Origin: Amoebophrya sp. A120
Lineage: Eukaryota; Protista; Dinoflagellata
Reading direction: 5' to 3'
Assembly: GCA_905178155.1 (NCBI GenBank)
Contig: CAJINV010000001.1
Location: forward strand, 791,643-855,642
Length of the DNA: 64,000 nt
Of this stretch, positions 25,182 to 38,038 are shown one piece after another; the stretch's first letter is position 1, and each line of letters opens with the position of its first letter. The notes beneath the pieces are model-generated. The model was given only the letters and a program-made list of their open reading frames with translations, searched no databases and was not told the DNA's origin. The position numbers and the translations under genes are program-made.

Positions 25182-27454
25182 TTAGCAGTTCATGTATTCT
25201 GCAACTCCCTGCTGATCCACCCCGTTGTTCCCGTTACTATTATTCACCCCCTTGTTATGCGGTGACATGTTCATCTCGCAGTAGATTCTCGCGTCTGCAT
25301 GCGCATTCACACCGCCCAAGGGGTCGACGAACCCACTCCCACTATCGGCTTTGCAGATCGCATGCAAGGTCAAACATCCGTTGTCGTACAGCATCAGCTT
25401 CGCGGCGGAGGCTTTTTCTAAAACCTTTGGCAAGAAGGTGCAAACATGGAGTTTGCTGAAGGGCACGCCGGCGGCGGTGTCTAGCTGGCTGCGGAAGGGT
25501 GGAGCCTGGTTGTTCATCATTTGCGGAAACTCATTCATTCCCTGCACCTGGTTCTGCTTCTGCTGTTGTGGCGGAGCATTAATACTTCTTGCAGGATCGT
25601 TGTTGCTATTAACATTGCCGCCTCGTTGTTCCAGACCTTTCGTCAATCCCGGTGGCATGGCGAACTCGTCAAAAATCTGTCTGGGCAGCTCTGCGCGGAA
25701 AAAAGAGGAGGAGCTGGGGGTAGAAGTGGAGATTTCCAATCGGTAGTTTCTAGAATTGCTCAGATACTTCTGGTCGTACAATTTAGCGTTGATGTTGGCT
25801 CCCGCACCAGGGGGCTGCCGGTTTTGATGCTGGTTTTGATTCAAGATGTTTTGCGGGTATTGACCTCCAAAGGGGTGTACATTCCTGCTACTGCTGGACG
25901 ATGAAGATGAACTTCCACCGCCCTGAAGATGAACCTGGTGCTGCGGATTTGATACTTGTACAGCACCGCCCGCACCCCCGCCTCCCCCTCCCCCAGTGTC
26001 TTCCGCCCTTCTGTTCAACACTCGTTTTATGATCACCGTCTTGGTTTATGAACTCCAAAAATGTCTGGGTCTGGAAGGATGCAAGGCTTGTCATGCACAG
26101 TTTGCATGAGTCTCGACGTCTGTGATGCATGCCCTAGCATCACAGATTTTGTGAGGGCTTCCTGATGCCTATACCGCATGAGAAATGCCCCCTCGCCGAC
26201 GTGGCAAAAACTGGACCTCCTTTACTGTTCATGCAATACAGATTTTTGTAGTATCCAAAGACAGCATCACAAGTTGCAATCTTCCAGACCCAGACATTTT
26301 TGCAATCCATATCGTTAAATCCTTCTGGTCTACATCCCCGTCGCCCGAACACGCTTGGCACAAGAAGTCGACGTATATCCCAGAGAAAAAAGCAGGCAGG
26401 GCATATTTGTAATGCAAAAATGACTTAGCAGAAAAATCTGTCATGGGCGATCCCATAGCATGGTATTTAGGAACTGCAATACAGATTTTTTTGTCATGTC
26501 TGTCTGTCTTGTTTTGCATTACAAACATGACCTGCCTGTCTTTTTCTGAGGGATAACGGATCCCTGCTTCACGGAGAAGGCCTCGATTCTGTTCGTTTTC
26601 CGCATCGAGTCGAACAAGTTGTGGATACTGTGTCACTTTTAAAAACGTCCCCACCCCATAGCTGTAATGCAATTCTGCACGCTGGGGATGTTTCTCATGC
26701 GGAGCCCCATGAGAAACATCTTCTAGCGTTGGTTCGGAATTCGTCATGTTCCAATCAGCATGTTGATATGCTAGATTTTTGATGCTGGTAAACTAGCTAA
26801 GCAGGACCATAGTAAGAGGCCAAACTCGTTGGCATGCGCAACAAGAACCAAAGCTCGATGGGGTGGGGACGTTTTTACACAGGATATCTGGTCGTAGATC
26901 GCCATGTCTTCACGGGCGAAAGCGTGTCCCTTCAGCTTCACCTCTGACCCCCCATTGTCCCCAATCAGCTTGATTTCCAGTCTCTGTTCCAGCATATTCA
27001 GGTGGAATTTCAGGTGCGCCTGCATACCAAACGTCGACAGTGCATTGATTAGTGCATCGAGCCTCAGAAACAGTAGTGGGTGCGCGCTCACACGGAAGTT
27101 CTGGTTTTGCTGCTGCTGTTGAAGATGCGGTGCTGCTGCTGCTGCTGCGCCCACAGGAGGACCACCAACGGCTTCTACTTCCTGCTGTAAAAGTTCTTGC
27201 GGCTGCTGGTTATGATCCAAAAGGACCACATTAGCAGCCGCGTAGTCCCCCTGTTCGAAAACGTAGGAGCGAAAAATACCGCTTTTGAAGGTGAGAACCA
27301 CGCGAACGGTCTTGCCGGCGTTGAGAGCGGTAAACCGGAGGCTGTCAGGGAGGGCTTCGAGTAAGACCATCTGCTGATCCTTCTTAAAATGACTCAGTTT
27401 CAGGGTCGGAAGCAGAGAGACCAAGGTCTTCACGCTTTCCAGTTCGCACCGCAT
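25182..27454 (-). CDS. RAD1: 9-1-1 checkpoint clamp subunit Rad1/Rec1 (PCNA fold)
   Basis: GKTVRVVLTFKSGIFRSY, LRLDALINALSTFG and KVLEKASAAKLMLYDNGCLTL match the Rad1 pattern. Continuous ORF after removing three TIR elements. Confidence 0.8.
26047..26311. mobile_element. TIR intron-like element, family A, TSD TGGTT/TCGTT
   Basis: Family A TIRs, 4/5 TSD. Removal gives QKDLT|KTVIIKR. Confidence 0.92.
26376..26555. mobile_element. TIR intron-like element, family I, TSD ACGTA/ACGGA
   Basis: About 45-bp IR: TATCCCAGAGAAAAAAGCAGGCAGGGCATATTTGTAATGCAAAA / TTTTGCATTACAAACATGACCTGCCTGTCTTTTTCTGAGGGATA. Confidence 0.88.
26625..26886. mobile_element. TIR intron-like element, family E, TSD TGTGG/TCTGG, left end eroded
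   Basis: IR AAAAACGTCCCCACCCCAT / ATGGGGTGGGGACGTTTTT. Removal gives IYDQ|NLFDSMRK, in frame with the next junction. Confidence 0.82.
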
Positions 27455-28073
27455 TTTGAGAAAGGTGGTAATCAGGCAGTGTTGCTGTGTTTCTGGTTTC
27501 GCTTTCGCGTTGTGAAAGAATGTCGGAAATAAACTCGCGAAAAAAGTTTTTTTTCTACTAGGGCGGAGATCCGGTGAAATACACAACCAGGGCGAACTTT
27601 ATTGCTCGAGCAGGGATGGGAAATTCTAATTCCTTCTTCCTATCTTCTAATTGTCCTATCACACGTACTATGTTTTCTAATACTTACAGCTGTGTGCGTC
27701 TGTCTACTTCAGGGCCAGAGACACGAGTGCGACTGCGGACAAAAATGAAAAGGCACGACATGTGGTAGCTATTTTGTTGCCAGGAACCGCACGAGAGCCA
27801 CGAATGGGGTGCTTGTAAAGATTCGGAAACATGGTGCTCCTCATAGACCAGTGACAGCAGTTGCTCAGCCTGGTATTTGTTTTCGCTTTCAACGACGTCT
27901 GCTTCGGCGTTCTTTTGTGCAAAGAAAATAGAGTCGCGGAGCGACAAAGGAACAAATGCAGAGCCTCTTTATTCATGAAGGTCGATTATGTCCTATGAAA
28001 TACCAATACGTCTCGTCAAAAATGCTGGGATACTAGGATCAAGCATTCTTTCAGAAAAATGAGCGTTAGACGG

Positions 28074-31000
28074 TCAAAAAACCGTTTCCTCTAGTTCAAA
28101 GAGGTGCCTGTTGCCGTGATGCCTGGTCCACAAGTAGGGGTTTTCTGCTCGCCACCTGCTGTCCTCTACCGCGCCAATAATCTGCATCCGCTCGTAGTTT
28201 GTGACTTGGTCCCCCGGACCCGCAACGTCGACCAACCGCGATTCCATGCCATTGGCGTGCCGCATCGGGTGGCACGTGTACCCGCTGTGTTGCAGAAATT
28301 CGGCGGTGCGACGGTAACGGTCCAGCGTCCCGTAAAGTCGCTCGAACGACCGCGAGCGCCGTCGGTACCGGGAGGGCTTTGATGTTTTGTGGTGGTCAAC
28401 AGTACCTGCTGCTTTATGTTCAACTGGTGGTGGTGCTGGCCTAGAACTTATGGTCGGCTCGGTCTGCAATTGCAAGTCTCGCTCCTTGTGCGTGTAGAGA
28501 ACGGAGTAGGATGAAAAGTGCTGGTTTTTGTTTCTTCGTAAGTTCAAATCGAAGTGCTCCCGGAAATCCAGCTTTAAGCCGCTCGTTGTGTGGTCAACGA
28601 TTGTGGCGGCTGCGGAAAGCTCTCGGACCTGCCGACTCGCTGTGGTGGAAGGTGGGGCGGGAGGCGGGGGATGATATTCTGTGTCCTTCTCTTGTTTTTT
28701 TGTTATTTCATCTCCGACTGGTACACTATCGGGTTCGGGCGGGGCAGTATCGGCATTACTCTCTCCGCTGAATGAGAACCAGGAGGACAACCAAGACCCG
28801 GACTCAGCATCTGCGGGCGCGTCGGTTCCTGCGGATTTCTCTTTCGCCTTGTCAACTCTCGCCTGTTCTCCTGCTTTTTTGCTCCCTTTGGTTTTCTCGG
28901 CTCTTTCATCTGCTCCCGGACTTGCGGTTGTTTTTTTAGGAGATCCTGTTGTACTGCTACCCACCTCCGGGCCTTCTTTATCCACAACATTTTCAAGACC
29001 CACATCGACATCCACTTTTTCGACGAAGACCTCGTCTTCCCTCTCATAGAAATCTGGGTCGAAGAACATGTCTTTCCGGACAAAGACCGCGTCGTCATTC
29101 AGCACCTCGACCAAAAAGTAATCGTATTTCAGACCCGTTTCGATAAAGCCGCTCAAGTATCAAACGCAAAAAAAGTATCGCACACGTACTTCTAATCGCA
29201 TCCATGCACGACAAATCTGGTTGCCTAGCTAGATCTGCATGAAAAATTCCAATTTTCTTCTTGCGAATAAAGTTTGTCATGCGATTCATACTATGCACGA
29301 TAGTTTTGCAATGCATATCAAGCTGCAACCGCTAGTCGCCAACTCAAACATAGTCCCGGCGGGCTCCTTATTTGCGAGGAGGGACACGTCGCCGGCCTGA
29401 TAGTGTTTTTTTTCCTTTGATAGTTTGTCAATACATCTTCTGTGACCTGCTCTATGTGTTTATTCCGAAGGAGCCGCAGAAAAATTTTGGCATGCCGCAT
29501 TTTTGACCCATACCAGCAATGACTCTGATGCAGACGTACTTACAACTCGCATAACATAAGCTTTTATCGGAAGAAGATCTTCAACTAGTTAAAACTACTG
29601 TACCTGCTTCCGGATCGAAACGGGGTAGTTGTTCACAGACTCCACGAAAATGACCAGGGGTCGAACCCCCGCGTTCAAAACGCGGTCCATCATTTCGCAG
29701 TCGATGTTATCGATGTCTAGTTTGAAAAGCACCGGCGACGTGGAGAAGTTCTCCCGGAAGACCATGTCGTCCATCAAAGTTTTGATCCCGTGCAGCTGCA
29801 AAATGTTCAGGAAATACACCACATTTGCATGACAATATCTATTCTATTGTCTATTTACAGTTTGCATGACAAATGCAAACTTTACAGTTTGCATGATTTC
29901 CAGCAAACCGACTTTCGAGCTTCAGAAGCAAGCTGTAATGCCTTCGAACAAGCTCTCTTTGTATTTCGAGTGATATCACTCGAAATACAAAGAAAGCTTG
30001 TTCGAAGGCGTTTGCAGTTTGCTTCTGAAGGTGAAGCTCGAAGTTTTTATGAGGAAAGCAAAAAGTTTGTCATGCAAAACCTGCTTTTGTGCGTGAAGGC
30101 TAGACCACTTCGGGAATTTTTCAATTAGTGCGACAATTGTCGCACTTTTTGAAAATTTCCGAAGTGGTCTAGCCTTCACGCAAAGTCAGATTTTTCTTTT
30201 AGAATTAAATCACTTTTCATTTGCCAGAAGCTGGTGTAGAAGGTGGTGAAGAAGTTGGTGCGGAAGCTGGTGTTGAAGTTGGCAATGTATTGCCAACCTC
30301 ATCAGCAGCTTCTGCGCCTTTTTCTACACAACTTCTTCTACGCCAGCTTCTGGCGAACTGCGAGAAGTGGTTCAACACCAGCAAGAAAAATGTCTGGACT
30401 TCTGGGCTCGCTCTTCCACCAGAAGCTCCTTCCGGAAGAGGAGCGTCTGGCATTCCAGCGGCAGCTGCTGGAATTTGGTCTTCCAGCATACCATCGCCCG
30501 AAAGGCGATAGCATGCTGGATAAATGCGGGCTCTTCTTCTCCACAATTCGATGCAATTTTGCATGACGCCTACAAACTTTGTAGGTGTCATGCAAAATGC
30601 GACGGGTGCAAGAGAGCACTGTCCTCCGGAACGAGAAATGAATCTAGTGCGAGCGCACCCGTGAGCTCGCCCTATCTGAAGAACAGTAGGCGCGCTTGCT
30701 TTTTATTTTCCTCGCTCCTCTCATTAACTACCTTCGGCACCGGCTTCGGCACCAGCTTCGGCACCAGCTTCGGCACCAGCTTCGGCGCCAGCTTCGGCAC
30801 CAGCTTCGGCACCAACTTCACCACCAACCTCAACGCCAGCTTTTTTGCACCTTCGGCCTAATTTTTTTGGTGTTTACCCTACCCCCTAGGCACATTTGCG
30901 CTTGATAGATGTCGTGCAGCTGCAACATGTTCAGGAAATACACCACATTGTGATTCCGTGCGAACTCCCTGCGCAGTTTCCGCTTGTTCCCCAGGTCGGC

Positions 31001-34000
31001 CTCGACTACCAGGCCGGAAATGTTGAAGACCGGGATGTTGGGGACGTCTTTTTTTGGGAGAAAAAGATGTTTGGTTGATGAGGTTGTCGCATCTTGAAGT
31101 AGATCTACATCTACTTCCAGCTTTTGTAGTCGTAGTCCTCCTCCTGCTGAATGATTTTCCTGTCCTTTATCGTGCGTTGACCAGGCTTCGTAGTACGCGC
31201 TTGTTGTGCTGTTGTAGTTCAAGGGCCAATTGTTGAACACCGACCCGACGAGTAAGCAGTTCGCGAGATCGTGGTTCCAACTGTACAGGTAGCCACAAGC
31301 TCCGTCCGCAGCACCGAAATTTATGACCCAGTTTTTCTTCGCAGGTTTTTTCACGGAAGTCGAGCCAGACGATGTTGTCGCTGCGTAGTTCTTGCTTTTG
31401 CTCTTCTCAGATAATTTGCTCTGGCCTCGCTTTCGCCACGGGTCTCTGTAGTCGAGTTCTTTCCGAGAAGGAGCGCCGTCTGCTTTGCTTTTAGTTTCAT
31501 CATTTTCACTGGTGTACTTCTCTTCCAATACCGGCCTGACAAATCGGTCCTGCATGTACTTGAAGAGCACCTTGTCCCACTTCAGAGGCGGATACACACC
31601 TTTAAAATGGTCAAAATCCGGCCCGAACAAGTGTTCGATGGAGCACACGGACGAGGATGAGGAGGGTCGCGCGCCGAGTGTGCTTTTTTCCTCATCGTAA
31701 CCGTCGTTCGAGGACCTGCTGCTTTTCAGCTTCACCTGTACAAATTTTTCCCAGGTCCACAACTCCCGTGGCTCTGCAAAGTGATCGCGCTTTTTTCGAT
31801 CCGGGAGCCGCATCTTGTTTTGGAGGTAGGCACCGAAAGTGGTTTTTTTATTTTTCGCATGAATTTTGTTCTCCGTAACATCATCTTCATTCGATAATAC
31901 TATCGGTGCAACAAGAGCGTCATCCGTTGGAACCACGACCACGTCCTCTTGTCCGTCTCCACTGAACAGTGGGGTTCTTTGTTGCGAAGTGGATTTATTC
32001 TCTACTTCTGTCCCGCTCTGTTCTGTCCCAGTAGTCATTATTTTGGGCAACACGAAATCTTCCCTGCGCAGGCGGTACTGGAGGTCCGGGGGTGGCCGCA
32101 CCGCGGCGTACCGCCAGGGGTCGTAGCGCGCAATGTCTTCAAATTTGTAATACGCGGCGTGATATGAAATGCAAAAGCATCGCACTTGCACTAGTATAAA
32201 ATGCATTAGAAATTAGCTTTAGCATGCTGAGAAATGAAATTTGTCATGCATATTTAACTTGAGAAAGAAATTTGTAATGCATAAATGCAATTACTACGAA
32301 TGCGATACTTTTGCACAGGATACGTGAATCATGCCCTTCGCGTTCATCAACATGTAGCTGTTCGACCGGTCCACGTTGGACAACAGCCCCGCTTCCCGCT
32401 CCACAACCGCCAACCGGAGAAATTTCACGTGGATGTCCGCCATGGAGAGGCCCTCCAACTGCAGCTGGTTCTTCTCCTGTTGCAGCAGAAAAACCGGGTC
32501 CTGCGAAAACTGCTTCGGCAGCAGGCGGGCTTGGGGTTTTATTGTTCCCGTAGATGATTTTTTTGTCTCGGATGTAGTTGTTGTGCCTGCAATGCTGGTG
32601 TCACTACTTCTTGATGTACTATCGCGATTTTGGACGAACACTTCAAACTCCATGTTCCCAAACACGAAATCTCTTTCGTCGGGTTCGTTCATGTTTTCAA
32701 AAACGACGTCCTGCTCCCGAATCCGCCGCACGATCTCGAAGAACCGCGGGTCTTTTTGCACCACCCGGTGGACGACGAAAGTCGGAAATCCCAGCATCAT
32801 CTGCGTGTTCGCGCCCATCTTGCGCATCGCCTCCTTCGATAAATCTTCAAACGTCGCCGAGCCGTCCTCCCGCAAAACGACCGGGATGCCGCCGGAGCCG
32901 GAAATGAAGGAGCTTTCCTCGGCTTTTTCTTCCGCTTGAGTTTTACTGTCTTCTGGAAGATTAAGATTTTCTTTGCCGGTTCGACTATAATTGGCATTGC
33001 TGTCCTCGATCGCGTAAACAATCAGATTGTCTGTCGTCGAAAACGACAAATCCACCACGTGCTTCTTCCGGAACACCAGCGGCACAATTTTCCGATACTG
33101 CTGCCACACGTTATATGCGTGCATGAGCCCGATTTTCGTCTGTTCTACGACGTTTTTCACTTTGCGGTTCGTCAGGCGGCTCAGGTCCTGTTCCGTAAAC
33201 TGCAACACGGTTTCGAGATGGTAGTGGTCTTTCGCGATAGAATCATCACCGCTGTTAGCCGTGTTGGTGTTTATTTTTATCACTGGCGTCGACCGTCCGG
33301 TCCCCGCGGCTGTGAGAGTTGCAGCTGCTCTTGGGTTCGTAGACGATAACGATTCTTGCGGTTCTTCTGGCCGAGAAGTGGAATCACCTTGCACCAGCTC
33401 GTCCGAGGACGCGACAAATCGGGCCAGCTTTTCTTCCGCTGGGTATCCCCGTATGACTTCCTTCCGCAGCGTGCGCATCGCGTTTTCGATGGCGTACCAC
33501 AAATTGAAGGTGGACAGGCCGGACACCACCTCGTCAAAGTAGGTCAAAATAAAACGGTCGTCCTCCGCGGACCTCTTTGTACACTCCTGCTCCCACTGCT
33601 TCCGGGTCAAGGCGGTGACATTCCGGTAGTTCACTTTGAACTGCGCACCGGAGATCGACTCCAGCTTCCATGGGTGCTTCATCTGCATCTCTTTCTGCAT
33701 CTGGTCCCTGGTCTCGGCGGAAAGATGTTGATGAACCGCTGTAGCAGACACAGAATTTTTGCCGCTTTGCTGAGCAGCAGAGGACCCACCTTTGCTTTTC
33801 CCTTTAATATTCTGCTCCTCTCCGTCGTCTGGATCCGACTTTTTCCCCGAGTGAATCACCCGTCCCCCGTCGTACTCGCCGTACCGGTTGAAGCTCCATT
33901 TCGCGAGCAGCTGCGCCTGCAGCAGAATCCCCTCGGCGAAGTACAGGTCGACCTTCATCAAATCGTCGCGGAAAACCGCTACGCGGTCGTGGTCAGTGGC

Positions 34001-36069
34001 GGTTTCGAACTTTTTCCCGAAAAACACCTCCGCGCCGTGCTCGCGGACGAAGCGCCGGGGCAGCTGGTCTCGCGTCTCCTGTTCGAACAAAAAGCGGAGA
34101 AACTGTGCCGTCACCTTCGTTTCCTCCATCACGGACGCGGTCGCGTGGCACACCGCCTCGCGGGACCGCTGGAGATCCGTCTGGATACCCTCGTATCAGC
34201 TGCAAATATGTCTGTGTTTGGAAGAGTGCACTTGTTTTTCATTCGCATTTTGCAAGACCCATGAAGGCTGTGATGCGTGCCCGAGCATCACATTTTTTTT
34301 GAGAGCTTCCAGATGCCTGCTCCGCATGAGAAATGCCCTCTCTAAGTACCAAAAACTGGTCTTCTCTTGCTGCTCATGCAATACAGATTTTTTTTACAAT
34401 CCAAACGCAGCATCACAAGTTGCACCCTTGCACACCCAGACATATTTGCGTTTGATACCTCGAAGTGGCTGGTTACAAACTTTCTCGACTCTTCCGACGT
34501 GTCAAACCGTCTCAGGTGCCGAAAAAGTTCCGGATCCAGGGTTTCCGAGACGTCGCCGACCAGCTCCGGTGGGGGCCGGAGAACTTCGGAATCTGAGTCT
34601 GGAGTTGGTTCTTGCTGTTTTGTATTTTCAGAACCTCCCGCCGCTGTCGTAGAAGCTGCTGTTCCGTTCACAAGAAATGCGACCTGTTGCGCCAGTTTCG
34701 CGACCCGTAGTGGATCGAACTCCAGCATCGCGTGGTTATTCAGACACAAAACCAGCATCGCATTGTGCACCATGGACGCCTGCGCCCGGAAGGACACGGA
34801 CAAGACGGAGGCTTCGAGTGCTTCGGGAGACAAGCCCTCGGTTGAGCCACCCCATAATTGCCGGCCTACGTCAGCGAATTCGAGCATTGCGAGCATTGAT
34901 TTCACATCTTCGTCGTAGCTAGTGTCTTGCTCTTGCGAGGTGGAGGTGGAACTGGAAGTGGCGGCCGTATTCGTCGTGTCCAGAGGCGCCGGCGCAGCGA
35001 ATGCAGAGGTTCGCGAAGCAGGTCGCTTTACTTCACTTAGATCGTGCTTCTGCGATCTTTTACTAGTGCCGGGCGACATCAAACGTTCATCCGGGCTTTT
35101 AACCAATTTGGGCAATTCGTACATCAATCGCTCCTGTTGTTTTCCGTACCCCTCCGACACACTCGCGGGCGCTAACAATCGTAGCCAATAGGCATCGGAA
35201 TGCGGGCTCCACCCGAAGTTGGCGTCTCGTTCTTGTTTCACGGAGTACTGACTTTTTTCCGTACCGGATTCGGTCCGCTGGAAGTACCCGAGGAAAAAGT
35301 CATTCACCAGGCTCCTTCGCGCCGCCTCTCGAAGCAACTGATGCTCCAGCTTTTCCTTCATTTTTTCCTGAGACAGGTGGACTTGGCGTTCTTGTGTAGT
35401 TGAGGCTTTGATGTTTACTGCACTTGCTTTCCCGGTTCTTCTTTCTACCTTCTCCAGCACTTTCTTCAGCCTTTTCTCGTACTCTTCCAGCAAACTCACC
35501 CCCACCTTCTCGCTTTCGAACCCGCTCAGCGCCTGCCGCAGAAACGCCGCCGCTCCGCCCTTCTTCGCGATCTGCTCGGAGGCTCGCTCCAGCCGCGTGT
35601 GTACCACCTGCTCCAGTGCCTGGTGCCCGCCGTGGCCGAGAAACACCGCAAAGGTGTCCGGGAGCATCCAGCCATACCGTCGCAAAACCTGTGTTTCGAA
35701 CCTCGGCGGCTTGAGGCTGAGCACGTCAGAGTTCTCGATGGATTTCCCGTAGATCCACGCGAGCCGGTCTCTCGGTCGCGGGTGGTGGTCCTCGTCGTGT
35801 ATTTCATTTGTTCTCTTCGTCCCATGAAGTAGATCTCCACCATCTGCTTTTTGTCTCCAAGGCGTTCTAGCCGTCACGTAGTCCTCTCTTCTGAGCACCC
35901 CCGGTTTCTTTTTCAAGCCTCCCTCCCGATCTGGGCTCTGCAGTTGCGCCAAACGCTGCAGCCAGAGCGGAACGGCGCCGGCCGGCGGACAACGGGGCAG
36001 CCAACTCTGCACATGCTGGGTCAGGAGGAGGGTGATCAGAAAGTAGATATGGAAGTAGTGAAACAACAT
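28074..36069 (-). CDS. Very large secreted protein with C-terminal FkbM/class I SAM methyltransferase-like domain
   Basis: Signal peptide MLFHYFHIYFLITLLL. Motifs VINFGAADG, LFKLDIDNID...RPLVIFVE, GCSLSGFIETG...YFLVEV...AVFVRKD. ORFs join in frame across elements 34194, 32163, 29826-30907 and 29158 and one GT-AG intron. Confidence 0.7.
29158..29317. mobile_element. TIR intron-like element, family F, TSD TCAAG
   Basis: TATCAAACGCAAAAAAAGTATCGCAC...GCACGATAGTTTTGCAATGCATA. Removal gives TSGCSL|SGFIET. Confidence 0.9.
29911..30044. repeat. Spacer-less palindrome centred on GATATC
   Basis: CCTTCGAACAAGCTCTCTTTGTATTTCGAGTGAT|ATCACTCGAAATACAAAGAAAGCTTGTTCGAAGG, extending imperfectly outward. Confidence 0.9.
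30090..30182. repeat. Spacer-less palindrome centred on CAATTG
   Basis: TGCGTGAAGGCTAGACCACTTCGG...AGTGCGACAA|TTGTCGCACT...CCGAAGTGGTCTAGCCTTCACGCA. Confidence 0.92.
30732..30840. repeat. 12-bp tandem repeat (CTTCGGCACCAG), about 9 units
   Basis: Direct reading. Units degenerate toward the right. Confidence 0.9.
32163..32322. mobile_element. TIR intron-like element, family F, TSD CGTGA
   Basis: TATGAAATGCAAAAGCATCGCA...TGCGATACTTTTGCACAGGATA. Removal gives GMIH|AAYYKFE. Confidence 0.93.
34194..34457. mobile_element. TIR intron-like element, family A, TSD CCTCG
   Basis: TATCAGCTGCAAATATGTCTG...CAGACATATTTGCGTTTGATA. Removal gives HFE|GIQTDLQ. Confidence 0.93.
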
Positions 36070-36879
36070 TATTGAAAAGTGTTCAGCCAGATAATGGCTG
36101 GCTAAGGAGCGCACGGAGACGAACCAACAGAACGTATAGGGAGCCGTAATATATCTCGAAATGCAGTGTAATTTTTGCCGCTCTTAACGTAGTACTGGTA
36201 CTGGACGATGAAACGATCGTTATGCGGGAGAAAGACAAGAAGAACCTCTGCAAGATTAGGAGCACCGATGCTTTTACTGATAGAGATGAAGAACGAGATC
36301 CAGACACATTCTCTCAACGTGTGCGATGTAAAGGACATCAGAGCTGCCACACCCGACGACGCTTTATTGGGAAAGGGTAAGGGAATGAAACCTGAGCCGG
36401 AAAAAAGACATATCGGAGGACGATCGGCGGGAGACGTTCTTTGCCACCACTGATATGAGACGAGATCGTTATCCTCATCGAAAAACTGATCACATTATGA
36501 TTTTCGAGGAGCACCAAACGTTTGAAGTTGGGTAGAAAAAGAATTAAACACAGGATCACAGTGCCAGACGCAGAATGGCGCCGTACGGCGATGGCTCTGG
36601 CGAGTTGTATGGGTAACATGGCATTCGTAAAAATGCTGGCTTTCTTCGTCGTGTGGAGAGCAGGCACTATTCCAGATGCTACTGCAACTGCAAGTACATT
36701 TGAAAGTCTCAATCTGATGTTTCTGCGTTTGAGGTCCAAGACCACATCCTCCGCGTGCCAGTACTGGGTACCGTTCGTTTAGTACTTTATGAAAAGCAGT
36801 TCTCTCTTCTGCGTTTATTCCAAGCGACAAGTTATCACCACCTTGCCACTGGCGTAGTCGCGAAAAAATAAGTCCAACT

Positions 36880-38038
36880 TCAGTAGAGCAATCCCAAGAT
36901 CGGAAGCGCAAAGAGGGAAGCGGCATACTTCACATTTGACGCTGCGTGAATGGTCCACCACCCTGTCGTATCGAATGCAAAAGCATCGTACTAGTATAAA
37001 TTGCATCACAAATTTTGGCAAGAAGAAAAGTGGAATTTGTAATGCTGTTTTACCTTAGGAAGAAAATTTGTCATGCATATTTACAATTAGTACGACTACG
37101 ATACTTTTGCACAGGATATGTCGCCATCGTTGCTATCGCCGCTAGGTTATGAACTGCACAAGTATCGTATTCGTATAAATGCATTACAAATTTCCATTTC
37201 CTCAGCATGAGAAACAAAATTTGTAATGCGGATTTACCTTATCCTTAAAAAAAAGATTTGTAATGCATGATTGCAATACGAATACGATACTTTTGCACAG
37301 GATATAGGTAAAGTATTCGACCCGTATACCGGTGAAGTGTCGCGAAATTCTTCACAGAGAGCTTCATCAGGCGCATTGTGGAAACCTTCAATCATGTTGG
37401 TTGTGAATTTCATTGGTTCGAGGGTAATTGCGAAAGCGAATTTGCACTGCGCATGCGTAAAGCTCCATCGAAAAGCGTATCATAACTTTTATCTTCTGTA
37501 CCACGGCCCTGCTTGGCATTTTCTGTGGGTAGTCCCAGAGGGGCAGACTGCTGCTCAGCACTATCGTTGTGTAGGCGATGAGAACGATGAAGCCCAAGCG
37601 GCCATGCAGCGTGGTGAGGTGCGGTTTGCCGTTTATTTCCTTGTTTGTGTGAATGACGTAGTACCCACTCCACATTGCCACGGTGGCTGAAATTAAGAGC
37701 AAGTTGTGCCACAAGTTGGCCAAGCGCTGTTGGGGTTTCTTTTCCTCGTGATCTCGTGTTTTTTCCGTTGAAGCAGCTCCTTCTGCTCCTCCTGACGCAA
37801 CAGGAGCAGCTTCCCGGTCTTCTACTTTCCCTCCAGTCCGTATCTTCGAGTTGTATACATTGACGAAGATTCCGCTCGTGGCGAGCGGAAGAACGGCTAA
37901 TATCGTGAAAAACGGGTGCCAGAAAAACAATTTGCTGCTGTCTGGCCCAGAATAGAGCACGCCGATGCCCGCCGTGAGTGCGAGAAGGGCGCCGAGTTTC
38001 GTGCCCAGCTGTGAAAACGGGTTCGAAGGGGACGCCAT
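36880..38038 (-). CDS. Cytochrome b561 family transmembrane protein
   Basis: Four heme-ligand His motifs: FFWHP, LWHN, TLHGRLG, LHRYTGR. The final TM region (ILYLAAIATMATGWW) appears only after removing elements 37148 and 36969. Stop at 36880-36882. Confidence 0.85.
36969..37118. mobile_element. TIR intron-like element, family F, TSD TGTCG
   Basis: TATCGAATGCAAAAGCATCGTA...TACGATACTTTTGCACAGGATA. TGTCG on both sides. Confidence 0.93.
37148..37304. mobile_element. TIR intron-like element, family F, TSD TAGGT
   Basis: TATGAACTGCACAAGTATCGTATTCGTAT...ATACGAATACGATACTTTTGCACAGGATA. TAGGT on both sides. Confidence 0.93.

Larger units (their letters stand above)
29826..30907. mobile_element. Composite 1.08-kb palindrome-rich insertion flanked by a 42-bp direct repeat of coding sequence
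   Basis: Direct repeat at 29784-29825 and 30908-30949. Right end ...CACATTTGCGCTTGATA resembles a family A terminus. Contains internal palindromes and a 12-bp tandem array. Confidence 0.75.

Noticed and set aside
30732-30840. CRISPR-like array
   Set aside because: Head-to-tail 12-bp minisatellite without spacers, eukaryotic context, no cas genes.
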